Source: Candidatus Anstonellales archaeon (lineage in GTDB: Archaea > Micrarchaeota > Micrarchaeia > Anstonellales > J096). Taken from it: a DNA stretch of 64,000 bases. Positions within the stretch are counted from its first letter, which is position 1. Each line of letters starts with the position of its first letter. Positions 39,890 through 49,333 of this stretch are shown here, piece by piece. The stretch lies in assembly GCA_038896535.1 (NCBI GenBank), contig JAWACY010000002.1:160001-224000 (forward strand), written 5' to 3'. Made by a program: the position numbers and the translations under genes. Under the pieces are notes generated by a model that worked only from the letters and a program-made list of their open reading frames with translations, had not been told where the DNA came from and ran no database searches.

Positions 39890-40548
39890 TAAAAAAAACT
39901 TCTTATTTTGGAAATCCACACATAGGGATTTTCTGCTTTTGTAATGATAAGGTTGCTATATTGCCCTATAACAATAAGTTTTCAGCAATTATTAAAGAAG
40001 CGCTTGATGTTGAAATTATAGAAACAACAATATCACAAAGCCCATTTATTGGTATTTATACTGCTGGCAATAATGATATATTGATAATGCCAGACATAAT
40101 CTCAAGTTCTGAACTTACGAAAATAAAAAATGGCCTGGATGGAATTGCTGATATTTATTTAATAAAAACAAACATGAATGCACTTGGCAATAATATTGTT
40201 GTAGGAAAAAAGGCAATACTTATAAATCCAAATCTCATGCCTTATAAAGATAGCATAGAAGACATTTTTGGCATTGAGACAATAGCAATTGATATAGCAG
40301 GGTATAAAACAATTGGCTCCTTGCTTGTTACTAATGATAAAGGTTTTGTTGTCTCATACAAAGCAGGTTTAGAAGATTTGGCGCGTTTAGAAAAAATACT
40401 TGGAATAAGAGGAAAAAGAACAAGCATAAATTTAGGCCTTGCTTTTCCTAAATTGGGTATAATAGCAAATAAAAAAGGCATTGTATTTGGTGAATTAACA
40501 ACTGGAATAGAAATAGCCAATGTAATTGAAGGGCTTGATGTTCAATAA
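39886..40548 (+). CDS. eif6: Translation initiation factor aIF-6
   Basis: GNPHIGIF, ALGNNI, TNDKG, ANKKG, TTGIE; operon position. Confidence 0.93.
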   Translation: MIKKTSYFGNPHIGIFCFCNDKVAILPYNNKFSAIIKEALDVEIIETTISQSPFIGIYTAGNNDILIMPDIISSSELTKIKNGLDGIADIYLIKTNMNALGNNIVVGKKAILINPNLMPYKDSIEDIFGIETIAIDIAGYKTIGSLLVTNDKGFVVSYKAGLEDLARLEKILGIRGKRTSINLGLAFPKLGIIANKKGIVFGELTTGIEIANVIEGLDVQ

Positions 40549-40563
40549 TATTTTGGTGGTATT

Positions 40564-40884
40564 ATGCAAGAAATAACATATGAAGATTTCTTGAAAATGA
40601 ATCTTGTTGTTGGTAAAATAATAAAAGCAGAAAGATTGGGCAATAAGATAATAAAGCTCGAAGTTGATATTGGCAATGAAATAAGAGTTATTGCTGCTGG
40701 CATTGCACATTATTACAAAGCTGATGAAATTATAGGAAAAAATGTCATTATTGTAGAAAACATGAGGCCAAAAACAATAATGGGCATAGAAAGCAAAGGC
40801 ATGTTGCTTGCATGCATTGATGGAGATAATGCAGCATTAATAACAACAGATAAAGAAGTTAAAGCAGGCACAAAAGTATCTTAA
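40564..40884 (+). CDS. tRNA-binding OB-fold protein (Trbp111/MetRS C-domain-like)
   Basis: ITYEDFLK, VDIG, AGIA..Y, N..P..IMGIESKGMLLA. Confidence 0.9.
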   Translation: MQEITYEDFLKMNLVVGKIIKAERLGNKIIKLEVDIGNEIRVIAAGIAHYYKADEIIGKNVIIVENMRPKTIMGIESKGMLLACIDGDNAALITTDKEVKAGTKVS

Positions 40885-40946
40885 AAATGTGGATGGTTTA
40901 AATATTAAACCTACATATTTAAATTTTTAATCTGGGCTATTATGAT

Positions 40947-42407
40947 ATGGCTAAAAGTAATGATATAAATGAATATAACGAGAATATCGAAGAAAATATT
41001 GATAATATCAATAATGCGTTGGTAAGCAATAATTATAAATGGGGCTTTAAGGATGATGCTGAATACGAATACAAAGAAAATCTAAAATTGGGAGAGAGCC
41101 TCGTAAAGAATATAAGCAGAATAAAAAAAGAGCCAGATTGGATGCTTGAATTAAGATTAAAGGCAATTAAAGCATTTTTTCATTTAGAGCTGCCAAAATG
41201 GATGCATAATATAGATATTAATTATGATGATATAACATATTATGCAAAACCGAAAATAAACAGTAATGCAAAAGCTAGTTCATGGGATGATGTGCCTGGT
41301 TATATTAAAAATACATTTGAAAAACTTGGAATTCCAGAAGCTGAAAAGAAAGTGCTTGCTGGTGTAGCAGCACAATATGAAAGCGAAGTTGTATATGAAA
41401 AAGTAAGGAGTGATCTGGAAAAATATGGAGTAATATTTTGCAGCATGGACAGGGCATTAAAAGAACATGAAAACATTGTAAAGGCATATTTTTCAAAACT
41501 TGTGCCGTTTTATGATAATAAGTTTGCTGCATTGAATACTGCATTATGGAGTGGTGGGAGCTTTTTGTACATACCAGAAAACGTAAAAATTGAGCAGCCA
41601 TTACAAGCATATTTCAGAATAAACATGCAGGGCATTGGCCAGTTTGAAAGAACATTGATAATAGTTGAAGAAGGAGGAGAAGCTCAATACATAGAAGGCT
41701 GTTCAGCGCCAGTATATAGCAAAGCATCTTTGCATGCTGCTGTTGTTGAAGTATTTGCAAAAAGGCATTCAAAAGTCAGATATACAACAGTGCAGAATTG
41801 GAGTAAAAATGTTTATAATTTAGTAACAAAGAGAAGCATTGCTTATGAAAATGCATACATAGAATGGCTTGATGGGAATATAGGAAGCAAATTAACTGCT
41901 AAATATCCATGCATAATACTTGCTGAGCCAAATGCAAAAGGTAAAATCATAAGCATAGCATATGCTGGGCAGGGGCAAATAATAGATAATGGGGCAAAAA
42001 TAATACATTTAGCAAAAAATACAAGCTCAAACGTTATAAGTAAAAGCATTTCAAGCAATGGGGGAAGGGCAAGCTATAGAGGGCTCGTTAAGGTAATAAA
42101 AGGGGCAAAAAAGAGCAAGGTTTCTGTTAATTGTGATGCATTATTGCTTGATGAAAATAGCAAAACAGATACATATCCAAATATACATATAGCAGAAAAG
42201 GACATTTCAATAGCGCATGAAGCAAGGGTAGGAAAAATAAGTGATGAGCAGCTTTTTTACTTAATGAGCAGGGGAATAGATAAAGAACAAGCAAGGACTT
42301 TAGTTGTTATGGGCTTTCTAGAAGAATTTACAAAAGAACTGCCTTTGGAATATGCAGTTGAATTAAACAGGCTCATAAGCCTTGAAATGGAAGGGAGCGT
42401 TGGCTAA
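40947..42407 (+). CDS. sufB: Fe-S cluster assembly protein SufB
   Basis: KKEPDWML, AQYESE, DNKFAALN, GQFERTLI, YIEGCSAP, HEARVGKI, LPLEYAVE. Confidence 0.97.
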   Translation: MAKSNDINEYNENIEENIDNINNALVSNNYKWGFKDDAEYEYKENLKLGESLVKNISRIKKEPDWMLELRLKAIKAFFHLELPKWMHNIDINYDDITYYAKPKINSNAKASSWDDVPGYIKNTFEKLGIPEAEKKVLAGVAAQYESEVVYEKVRSDLEKYGVIFCSMDRALKEHENIVKAYFSKLVPFYDNKFAALNTALWSGGSFLYIPENVKIEQPLQAYFRINMQGIGQFERTLIIVEEGGEAQYIEGCSAPVYSKASLHAAVVEVFAKRHSKVRYTTVQNWSKNVYNLVTKRSIAYENAYIEWLDGNIGSKLTAKYPCIILAEPNAKGKIISIAYAGQGQIIDNGAKIIHLAKNTSSNVISKSISSNGGRASYRGLVKVIKGAKKSKVSVNCDALLLDENSKTDTYPNIHIAEKDISIAHEARVGKISDEQLFYLMSRGIDKEQARTLVVMGFLEEFTKELPLEYAVELNRLISLEMEGSVG

Positions 42408-43433
42408 ATGGAAGAAATGAAAATAGATGGCATGGAACAATATTTAAGAAAAAGCGCTTATTATGATGAGTATACAGCATTAAAAAGCACAGAATTTTAT
42501 GAACTCATAAGAGCTTTCAATATAGAATTTTTAAAAAAGAAAAATGAAATGAAAAACAAAAAAAACAAAATAAATGACAACATTGCCAATCATTTAAAAA
42601 GCGATGATAATTATGAGACACAATCTTTGATAGATGATTATTTGAATGCTTTAAATAAAGAAACAATGCAAATAGAAAAAACAAAAGCAAAAAATTTTGA
42701 AATAAATGAAAATAAAGGAGGGGCTTTGAGAAAAGAATATGTAATAAAGCATGATGCAATATTAAACATTTTACATGATAAAAATTTTATTGGAACCGAG
42801 CATTTTTTTATATCAGATGGCATCAATGTTGAATTAAACATCATTTATTATGCTGATTTTATTTATGCTTCCAGATTTTTCTATATTGGTAATGATGCAG
42901 ATGTTAAAATAAATATTATGGGCATGAATAAGCATTTTATTGAGAACAGAACATTCATAAATTTTAATGGGATTAATGCAAATGCATTTGAGAATATTTC
43001 AATTTTATCATCAAATGGAAGCATAAGAACTTATACGCAATTAAATCACAAAAAACAGCAAAACAAATCAGATAGTAAAGTGCACATAGCATTATTTAAC
43101 AATGCCTCTTGCTCAATAGAAGGCATGATAAAAATATATGAAAATGCATTCAATAGTGATGCATTTCTTGACCAAAAAGCACTCGTCTGCTCAGATAATG
43201 CAAAAGCTTTTAGCTATCCATCTCTTGAAATAGCAAACAATAATGTGAGGGCAACTCATTCTTCATCAATAATGAGGGTTGAAGAAGAAGACCTCTTTTA
43301 TCTTAGAACAAGGGGCTTAAACTACAAGCAAGCATATGCAGAAATAGTAAAAAGCTTCCTTGGTTTTAATGATATTCTATTGGAGCGTTTAAACAAAAAA
43401 ATTGATGAGAATATTTATTCACTTATAAGTTGA
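42408..43433 (+). CDS. sufD: SufD-like protein
   Basis: PSLEIANNNVRATHSS, LFYLRTRGL; between sufB and sufC. Confidence 0.85.
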   Translation: MEEMKIDGMEQYLRKSAYYDEYTALKSTEFYELIRAFNIEFLKKKNEMKNKKNKINDNIANHLKSDDNYETQSLIDDYLNALNKETMQIEKTKAKNFEINENKGGALRKEYVIKHDAILNILHDKNFIGTEHFFISDGINVELNIIYYADFIYASRFFYIGNDADVKINIMGMNKHFIENRTFINFNGINANAFENISILSSNGSIRTYTQLNHKKQQNKSDSKVHIALFNNASCSIEGMIKIYENAFNSDAFLDQKALVCSDNAKAFSYPSLEIANNNVRATHSSSIMRVEEEDLFYLRTRGLNYKQAYAEIVKSFLGFNDILLERLNKKIDENIYSLIS

Positions 43434-43453
43434 TATAGCTTGAAGGTGATCAA

Positions 43454-44194
43454 ATGGCATTAGAAATAAAAAATTTACATGTATATGTTGAAGATAAGCA
43501 TATAATAAAGGGCATAAATGCAAAATTTGATGATGGAAAGGTTATTGCTATAATGGGGCCAAATGGTTCTGGAAAAACAAGTTTAGGCTATGCAATTGCC
43601 GGGCATCCCAGCTATGTTGCAAGTGGGGAAGTTATATACAATAGTAAAAATATTTTAGAGTTAAAGCCAGAAGAAAGGGCAAAAGAAGGCATATTTCTCA
43701 GCTTTCAAACGCCCCCTTTTCTTGAAGGCATAACAATACAGCAACTTTTAAAGAAATCATTTATAGCAAGGTTTAACCTAGAAGAACAAAGCATGGAAAC
43801 ATATAGAAGGCTCAATGAAGAAATAAATAATGCTATTAATATATTAGGGTTAAATAAAGATTTCATAAAAAGAGAAGTAAATAGAAATTTTTCTGGCGGG
43901 GAAAAGAAAAAAGCAGAAATGTTGCAAATGCTTATATTAAAACCAAACCTTGCATTGATAGATGAAATAGATTCTGGCTTGGATGTAGATTCACTAAGAT
44001 TAGTCACAAATGCAATAAATAAACTTAGAGATAACAAAAGGATATTTATTGTTATAACACATTATAACAGAATTCTGTCATATATAAAACCTGATGTTGT
44101 ATTAATAATGAAAGATGGCATGATAAAAAAGCAAGGCGATGAAAGGCTGGCAAAAGAGATAGAAGAAATTGGTTATGCTGGATTAGATAATTGA
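43454..44194 (+). CDS. sufC: Fe-S assembly ABC ATPase SufC
   Basis: MGPNGSGKT, GHP.Y, FSGGEKK, DEIDSGLDVD, ITHY.RIL. Confidence 0.96.
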   Translation: MALEIKNLHVYVEDKHIIKGINAKFDDGKVIAIMGPNGSGKTSLGYAIAGHPSYVASGEVIYNSKNILELKPEERAKEGIFLSFQTPPFLEGITIQQLLKKSFIARFNLEEQSMETYRRLNEEINNAINILGLNKDFIKREVNRNFSGGEKKKAEMLQMLILKPNLALIDEIDSGLDVDSLRLVTNAINKLRDNKRIFIVITHYNRILSYIKPDVVLIMKDGMIKKQGDERLAKEIEEIGYAGLDN

Positions 44195-44277
44195 ATTAGA
44201 TAATTAGATTAGAAACTAGCTGACTTAATTTTAGCAGTTAAGTTAAGGTTTTAAACACTTATTTAAAATTTTATTTC

Positions 44278-45444
44278 ATGAGCAAGGCATTATATTTAAG
44301 AAAGGTCATAGAATCGGCAAATATATATAATAAAACATTCGAAATAAATGAAAATGAAATATATGGCAGCTCTCCTCCTTCAATCTTTATAGGAAGCTAT
44401 GGTTATCCATATGTTTATGCAGGGCCTTTGATATCAAAGCATGAAGAATGCAGTATTTTTGACACGCCAGAGCATTGGCTAAAAGAAAATCTTAAACAAC
44501 ATGACATAATAAAATTTAGATTAAGTCTTTTAAGAGGGAAGAAAAAAACAAGAGTAAGTGAAAATACAAAATTCATTGAAAATTTAAAAGAGTTAGCATT
44601 AGCTAATAAAGAGCCATATACAATAATGGAAATAAAGAACATGAGTAGCAATATTAATTTTAATAAAGAAATTGAGGAGCATGCACTATATGGCCCATCA
44701 GCAGAGATAAATAATTTTTATATTGATAATACTTATTGGAATCCAAAATTAGAGAAATTTTATTACGATAGAGATGCAGAAGCAAGCACAGCAGTAAAAG
44801 AGCTTTATTTAAATGGCGTGCCTTTTTCTTCAATAACAAAATGTTTTTCTGCTGGTTGCTTTGGGATAGAGAAAAACAGAAAACTCGTGCCAACAAGATG
44901 GGCAATAACTGCTGTTGATTCAATGCTTGGGAATATGCTGCTTAAGAATGTTAGACAATATGAGATAATTGACGAATATAGGATTTATAACTACAATGCT
45001 CTGTTCAATAGCTATTACATACTTCTTGTGCCATCTCATTGGATTTATGAGTGGTTTGAAGCATTTTTACACATTTATGGAGACGAAGAGCTGATATTTA
45101 ATGATGCTGAATTTCATAAAAAAACTGGCTATTCTTCAGTCGGGGGTTGTTTTTATACATGCAGGTTTGCTGTTTTAGAAGCATTGGAAAGAATGAAAAT
45201 ACAGGCTGGTTGTTTTGTTTTCAGAGAGGCTTATAAAGGGTATGTTCCTTTAGGTGTTTTTAATGTCAGGGAATGCGTAAGAGAAGCTATGAAAAAGCAG
45301 TATTTATCTTTTAATACAATGAACGAGGCACTTTCCTACCTAAAATCAAAGTTGAAAATTCCAATGCAAAGATATCTGAAACAAAGCGTGCTATTAAATC
45401 ATTATATAAGTAAAAGGCAGTTTGGGCTGAGTGCTTATCTTTAA
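44278..45444 (+). CDS. nreA: Nre-family DNA repair protein with C-terminal PIP-like box
   Basis: GSSPPSIFIG.YGYP.V..GPL, RKLVPTRWAITAVD, PLGV..VRE; terminal QFGLSAYL. Confidence 0.9.
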   Translation: MSKALYLRKVIESANIYNKTFEINENEIYGSSPPSIFIGSYGYPYVYAGPLISKHEECSIFDTPEHWLKENLKQHDIIKFRLSLLRGKKKTRVSENTKFIENLKELALANKEPYTIMEIKNMSSNINFNKEIEEHALYGPSAEINNFYIDNTYWNPKLEKFYYDRDAEASTAVKELYLNGVPFSSITKCFSAGCFGIEKNRKLVPTRWAITAVDSMLGNMLLKNVRQYEIIDEYRIYNYNALFNSYYILLVPSHWIYEWFEAFLHIYGDEELIFNDAEFHKKTGYSSVGGCFYTCRFAVLEALERMKIQAGCFVFREAYKGYVPLGVFNVRECVREAMKKQYLSFNTMNEALSYLKSKLKIPMQRYLKQSVLLNHYISKRQFGLSAYL

Positions 45445-45555
45445 TTCAGCACTTAATATCTTCATCATTCTATGCATATGCATAGTTCAGCGTTCTCGCC
45501 TTCATCACATTTTGTAAATTAATTAGAAGGCATTAAAAATGCAATAGAAAGAAAT

Positions 45556-46287
45556 TTATCCAGGCAGTAATCTAAGCTCATCAAACTTCTTACCGCCTTT
45601 ATTAATCTGTATAAGGACTGAGTTCACAAATTTAAACTCTATGTATAGTTTTCCTTTTGCTGGTATTACAAATGACCCTGCTGGATAAACAACCATTAAA
45701 TCATCATCAATATAAGATACAAATTGAATTTTTACATCTGTGCCAGGCTTTAACCTTATTTCATTATTAGATAGGCCATTATCTGTTATGTTTATTATTA
45801 AAACATCACTTGGCAGCTCCTTTTCTCTTTGTTTAACTTCAAACATTATTTCTTGACTCCAATAAGGCTTTGTTTTTATAAACCCATAAACTCTGGCATA
45901 ATATGTGCCAGTTTCATTTACATTTATCTGCCTTGTCATTAATCCTGGCGCATTGATTTCAAAAGGTAAAGTTTGAAACTCATAATCATTAATACTAGAT
46001 GGGAATACTACGCTGTTTTTGCCATAAACAATTATTAAAGGCACAACAGTCGGGCTTGAAGCATAAACTTGTGCTGTTATGTTTATTGGCTCGTCTAAAA
46101 AGTACTCTTTCTTGTAATCAGTTATAATAATGTTATAAAACTCTTCTTCTTGTTTTTCTGGCAGTGTTTGGCTTTCATTTAATGATTCATTTTTCTGCTG
46201 TTGCTGTTGCTGCTGGCCAAAACAACCAAAAAGCATTAATAACAATACCAGCAATAAAGAAATAGCAAAAATGTTGTATTTTTGCAT
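45556..46287 (-). CDS. Putative lipoprotein/surface protein
   Basis: Hydrophobic signal ending LFGC, poly-Q linker, beta-rich domains. Confidence 0.7.
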   Translation of the reverse strand: MQKYNIFAISLLLVLLLMLFGCFGQQQQQQQKNESLNESQTLPEKQEEEFYNIIITDYKKEYFLDEPINITAQVYASSPTVVPLIIVYGKNSVVFPSSINDYEFQTLPFEINAPGLMTRQINVNETGTYYARVYGFIKTKPYWSQEIMFEVKQREKELPSDVLIINITDNGLSNNEIRLKPGTDVKIQFVSYIDDDLMVVYPAGSFVIPAKGKLYIEFKFVNSVLIQINKGGKKFDELRLLPG

Positions 46288-46335
46288 AAAAAAAATAAGA
46301 GCAAATATTTAAAATATTTTGGTTTTTATTTTATT

Positions 46336-46941
46336 ATGGACTTTTTTAAGATTTATACAATATTCATTTTTATATTATTAATTTCTGCGTTTCTCACGCC
46401 ATTTTTTGCTTTTTATGGATATAAAGGCATAGCATCATTCTTTTATAATGCGTTTGCTCTTACATGCCATCAATACCCATATAGAAGCCTTGCCTTATTC
46501 CCATTAGATAATAGCATAAATAATTGCATAACAAAAGAAGGCTTACCTGTTTTTACTATGTACACAAAAATATTTGCAAAGGACTACAATGGGCCTTTCT
46601 ACTTCAATAGAAGTGAAATAGGCCTTATAAGGGCGGAGATATGCACAAAAATAAAAGAAGAGACTGGAGATATATTGATAGGCTATAAATTTCCTGTATG
46701 CGCAAGGGATTTAGGCATTTTCATGGGTATGGCATTAACAACATTGGCTTTTAGAAGAGGCGGGGAAAATAAAGATGAAATAAGAATGGCGTATATAATT
46801 TTGCTTATTATTCCACTTGCAATAGATGGCTCAGGCCAGTTTCTAGGATTTTGGGAAAGTACAAATGACATAAGGATCATTACTGGCTTATTATTTGGGG
46901 CAGGGATAACGCTTTTATTCGCAAAAACATTGAACTGGTAA
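46336..46941 (+). CDS. DUF2085-family membrane protein
   Basis: CHQ.P.RS, PVCARD.GI, P.AIDG..Q, ESTN..R.ITG. Confidence 0.85.
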   Translation: MDFFKIYTIFIFILLISAFLTPFFAFYGYKGIASFFYNAFALTCHQYPYRSLALFPLDNSINNCITKEGLPVFTMYTKIFAKDYNGPFYFNRSEIGLIRAEICTKIKEETGDILIGYKFPVCARDLGIFMGMALTTLAFRRGGENKDEIRMAYIILLIIPLAIDGSGQFLGFWESTNDIRIITGLLFGAGITLLFAKTLNW

Positions 46942-46942
46942 T

Positions 46943-47968
46943 ATGGAAAAATTTTCATCTAGGCTTGCTTTATTGCTTGCCTTAATTGGATCTGCTGTTG
47001 GCTTAGGCAACATATGGAGGGTTTCCTATCTTTTCTCATTTTATGGCTCTGCTTTTCTTATTTCTTATATTGTATTCGTTATAATAATTGGCTTGCCACT
47101 AGTTTATTTAGAATTAAAATTATCGGAGCGTTATAAAAAACCAGTAAAAGAACTTTATTCCATATTCGCAAAAAAGCATAAATTAAGCTTCTTCAAATAT
47201 GTGTATTTAATGCCATTAATAACGCTTTTTGTCTTGTCAACATATTATTCAATAGTGCTTGGACAAGTTTTGACTAATATTATAGACATACATATTGGTA
47301 GCTTATTCCTTGTTTGGGCCATAACTATTTATGCAGTATTAAATGGTATAAAAGGCATAGAAAAAGTAAACAATGTATTTATGCTTCTTTTATTTATCTT
47401 ACTTTTGTATTTATTAGCAAATGTAAAAACTTTGCCAAACCTGTTAGCATTTGAAACAAAAGATATTATAGAAAGCATAAAACAAGGCTTGGCACACGTT
47501 TTATTTTCACTTAGCGTTGGGACTGGCCTTCTCTATACTTATTCAATATATTCAAAAAAATCAAATACTTTTGAGAATGCATTTATTGTAAGCCTTTCTG
47601 ATACTCTTGTTGCGATCATATCATTAATTGTTATATTTTCAATGGCCCCACAACCAGACATATTCGTTGCTTTTGAAGGAATAAAAAACAAGTTTTTTGA
47701 AATAGGCCAGCCATTTTTATCATATGTTTTTTTCCTAGCCCTATTTTCTGCTGGCATAACATCGTTAATAGCACTTGCAAAATTTTTATATGATAATGGC
47801 AATATTTACACACTACTTACTGCATTTATATCTTCAGTAATTTTATATTTTCTCCCTCCTGTTATAATACAATTTCTCGATTCAGTATTAGTAACAAGCC
47901 TTTTTTTGATTACATTGCCTATAACAGTCATTGTATTTTTAAGCCTTTTACGAGATAAAAAAAATTGA
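46943..47968 (+). CDS. Sodium:neurotransmitter symporter (NSS/SNF) family transporter, short
   Basis: GSAVGLGNIWR, GSAFL, GLPL..LE, GIEK, FSLSVG; only 341 aa. Confidence 0.82.
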   Translation: MEKFSSRLALLLALIGSAVGLGNIWRVSYLFSFYGSAFLISYIVFVIIIGLPLVYLELKLSERYKKPVKELYSIFAKKHKLSFFKYVYLMPLITLFVLSTYYSIVLGQVLTNIIDIHIGSLFLVWAITIYAVLNGIKGIEKVNNVFMLLLFILLLYLLANVKTLPNLLAFETKDIIESIKQGLAHVLFSLSVGTGLLYTYSIYSKKSNTFENAFIVSLSDTLVAIISLIVIFSMAPQPDIFVAFEGIKNKFFEIGQPFLSYVFFLALFSAGITSLIALAKFLYDNGNIYTLLTAFISSVILYFLPPVIIQFLDSVLVTSLFLITLPITVIVFLSLLRDKKN

Positions 47969-47983
47969 TAATTTAAATACTTT

Positions 47984-48688
47984 CTATTCATACATGCTGT
48001 TTTCTTTATCATGTTTTGCTATTTCCTCTTCTGCTTTAATTACCTCCTGCTCTGAAAGCAAAAGCTCCCTTGTATCTATATTAAAAGAGTACATTTTCCC
48101 AATCGTTTTTAGCAATTTCTCTGTTGCTTTTGCATCAGACAAGCTTTGCTCCTGGTGTGCTATTAATGCATAAGTTGGAAAACCAGAGCTCTGTGCCTTT
48201 ATATATAATAAAGATCCTGCCCCTGTTATTGCCCCTTCATCAAATGCATTTATTTTCAAATTATGAAATTTTTCCTTTAAATAATCTTTACTTGCAATAT
48301 AATAAATTCCCTTTTCCCCTTCAAGCGTCGATAATAAAATGCCTATTTCAGAAACATTGAAGTCTTTTGCTAAATCCAATATTGCATCTGCTGTTTTATT
48401 TGTTGCTGATAATGGCAAGCCTATTTCAGATAGCACTACAATCATATTTAACTTTTCATTTGCCATTATTCTAACTGGAGGCATTGCTATGCTATTATGT
48501 ACAGATATAACAGGAGCAAATAAATCACTACTAAAATAACCTATAATTTCAAAATTAAGTTTTTCAGTTAAATATAAGCCAGCAACTATTGGAACTAAAC
48601 TTGGAGAAGGCATACAAACAATTAATGTCGGTTTTTTCAATTTAATTTCTGTTGCTCTTTTAAAATATATAATATCAACTGATGCCAT
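47984..48688 (-). CDS. PAC2-family proteasome assembly chaperone homologue
   Basis: PTLI...P...LV, PPVRI, G.ITG..., IDT.EL, C-terminal MYE (HbYX-like). Confidence 0.8.
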   Translation of the reverse strand: MASVDIIYFKRATEIKLKKPTLIVCMPSPSLVPIVAGLYLTEKLNFEIIGYFSSDLFAPVISVHNSIAMPPVRIMANEKLNMIVVLSEIGLPLSATNKTADAILDLAKDFNVSEIGILLSTLEGEKGIYYIASKDYLKEKFHNLKINAFDEGAITGAGSLLYIKAQSSGFPTYALIAHQEQSLSDAKATEKLLKTIGKMYSFNIDTRELLLSEQEVIKAEEEIAKHDKENSMYE

Positions 48689-48746
48689 ATGTTAATTCAA
48701 TAATAAATATTTATAAGCCTTTCACTATAAAAATAAATACTAAAAT

Positions 48747-48845
48747 GGGCCAGTAGCTCAGCCTGGCGGAGCGACGGTCTTATAAGATCAGCTCTGCTAC
48801 ATCTAAGACAGCCGTAGGTCCTGGGTTCAAATCCCAGCTGGCCCA
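48747..48845 (+). tRNA. tRNA-Ile(TAT) with 25-nt intron at 37/38 (48785-48809)
   Basis: Acceptor GGGCCAG/CTGGCCC-A; ACGGT-CTTATA^AGATC...ATCTAAGAC^A-GCCGT; canonical BHB (CTTA/TAAG helix, 3-nt bulges TAA and ACA). Confidence 0.9.
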
Positions 48846-48847
48846 TA

Positions 48848-49105
48848 GTAAGAAGGCGCTAACCCTATTATGCACGCCTTCTTACAATCATCCCGTCCCT
48901 ATTATTCCCTGTAGTAAGAAGGCACTAACCCTATTATGCGCGCCTTCTTACAATCATCCAACCACTTTTATTCCCTGTAGTAAGAAGGCAATGCCCTTAT
49001 ATATGCGCCTTCTTACAATCATCCCGTCCCTAATATACGCTTGTGGTAAGAAGGCGCTAACCCTATTACACACGCCTTCTTACAAACTTCCAAACCCTAT
49101 TATAG
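48848..49105 (-). repeat. Array 2: four palindromic units of the same family as array 1, inverted, exact 66-bp period
   Basis: Units start at 48848, 48914, 48980 and 49046, followed by a partial linker; begins 2 nt after the tRNA-Ile discriminator base. Confidence 0.95.
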
Positions 49106-49333
49106 ACTTTGGTTGGGGGGGTAATGGTAGTGGAAATGCTTCTTAATCTTAATCTTAATCATTTAATCTTTTTGATAGGAAAGGGCATGAGTGGAAAAGC
49201 CATAATGGCTTGATAAGAATCAAAAGGCACAATAATCAAATAATCAAATAACAACACAATGGCATTAAATGGCATTAAATTAAGATCAATAGCATTAAAT
49301 AGTATTAATATCAATAATAAAACACAATAATTT

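Noticed and set aside
49111..49200. ORB-like AGTGGAAA x2 with a G-run (replication origin)
   Set aside because: Lacks the TTCCA half of the ORB dyad, the G-run is on the wrong side, and no orc1/cdc6 is nearby
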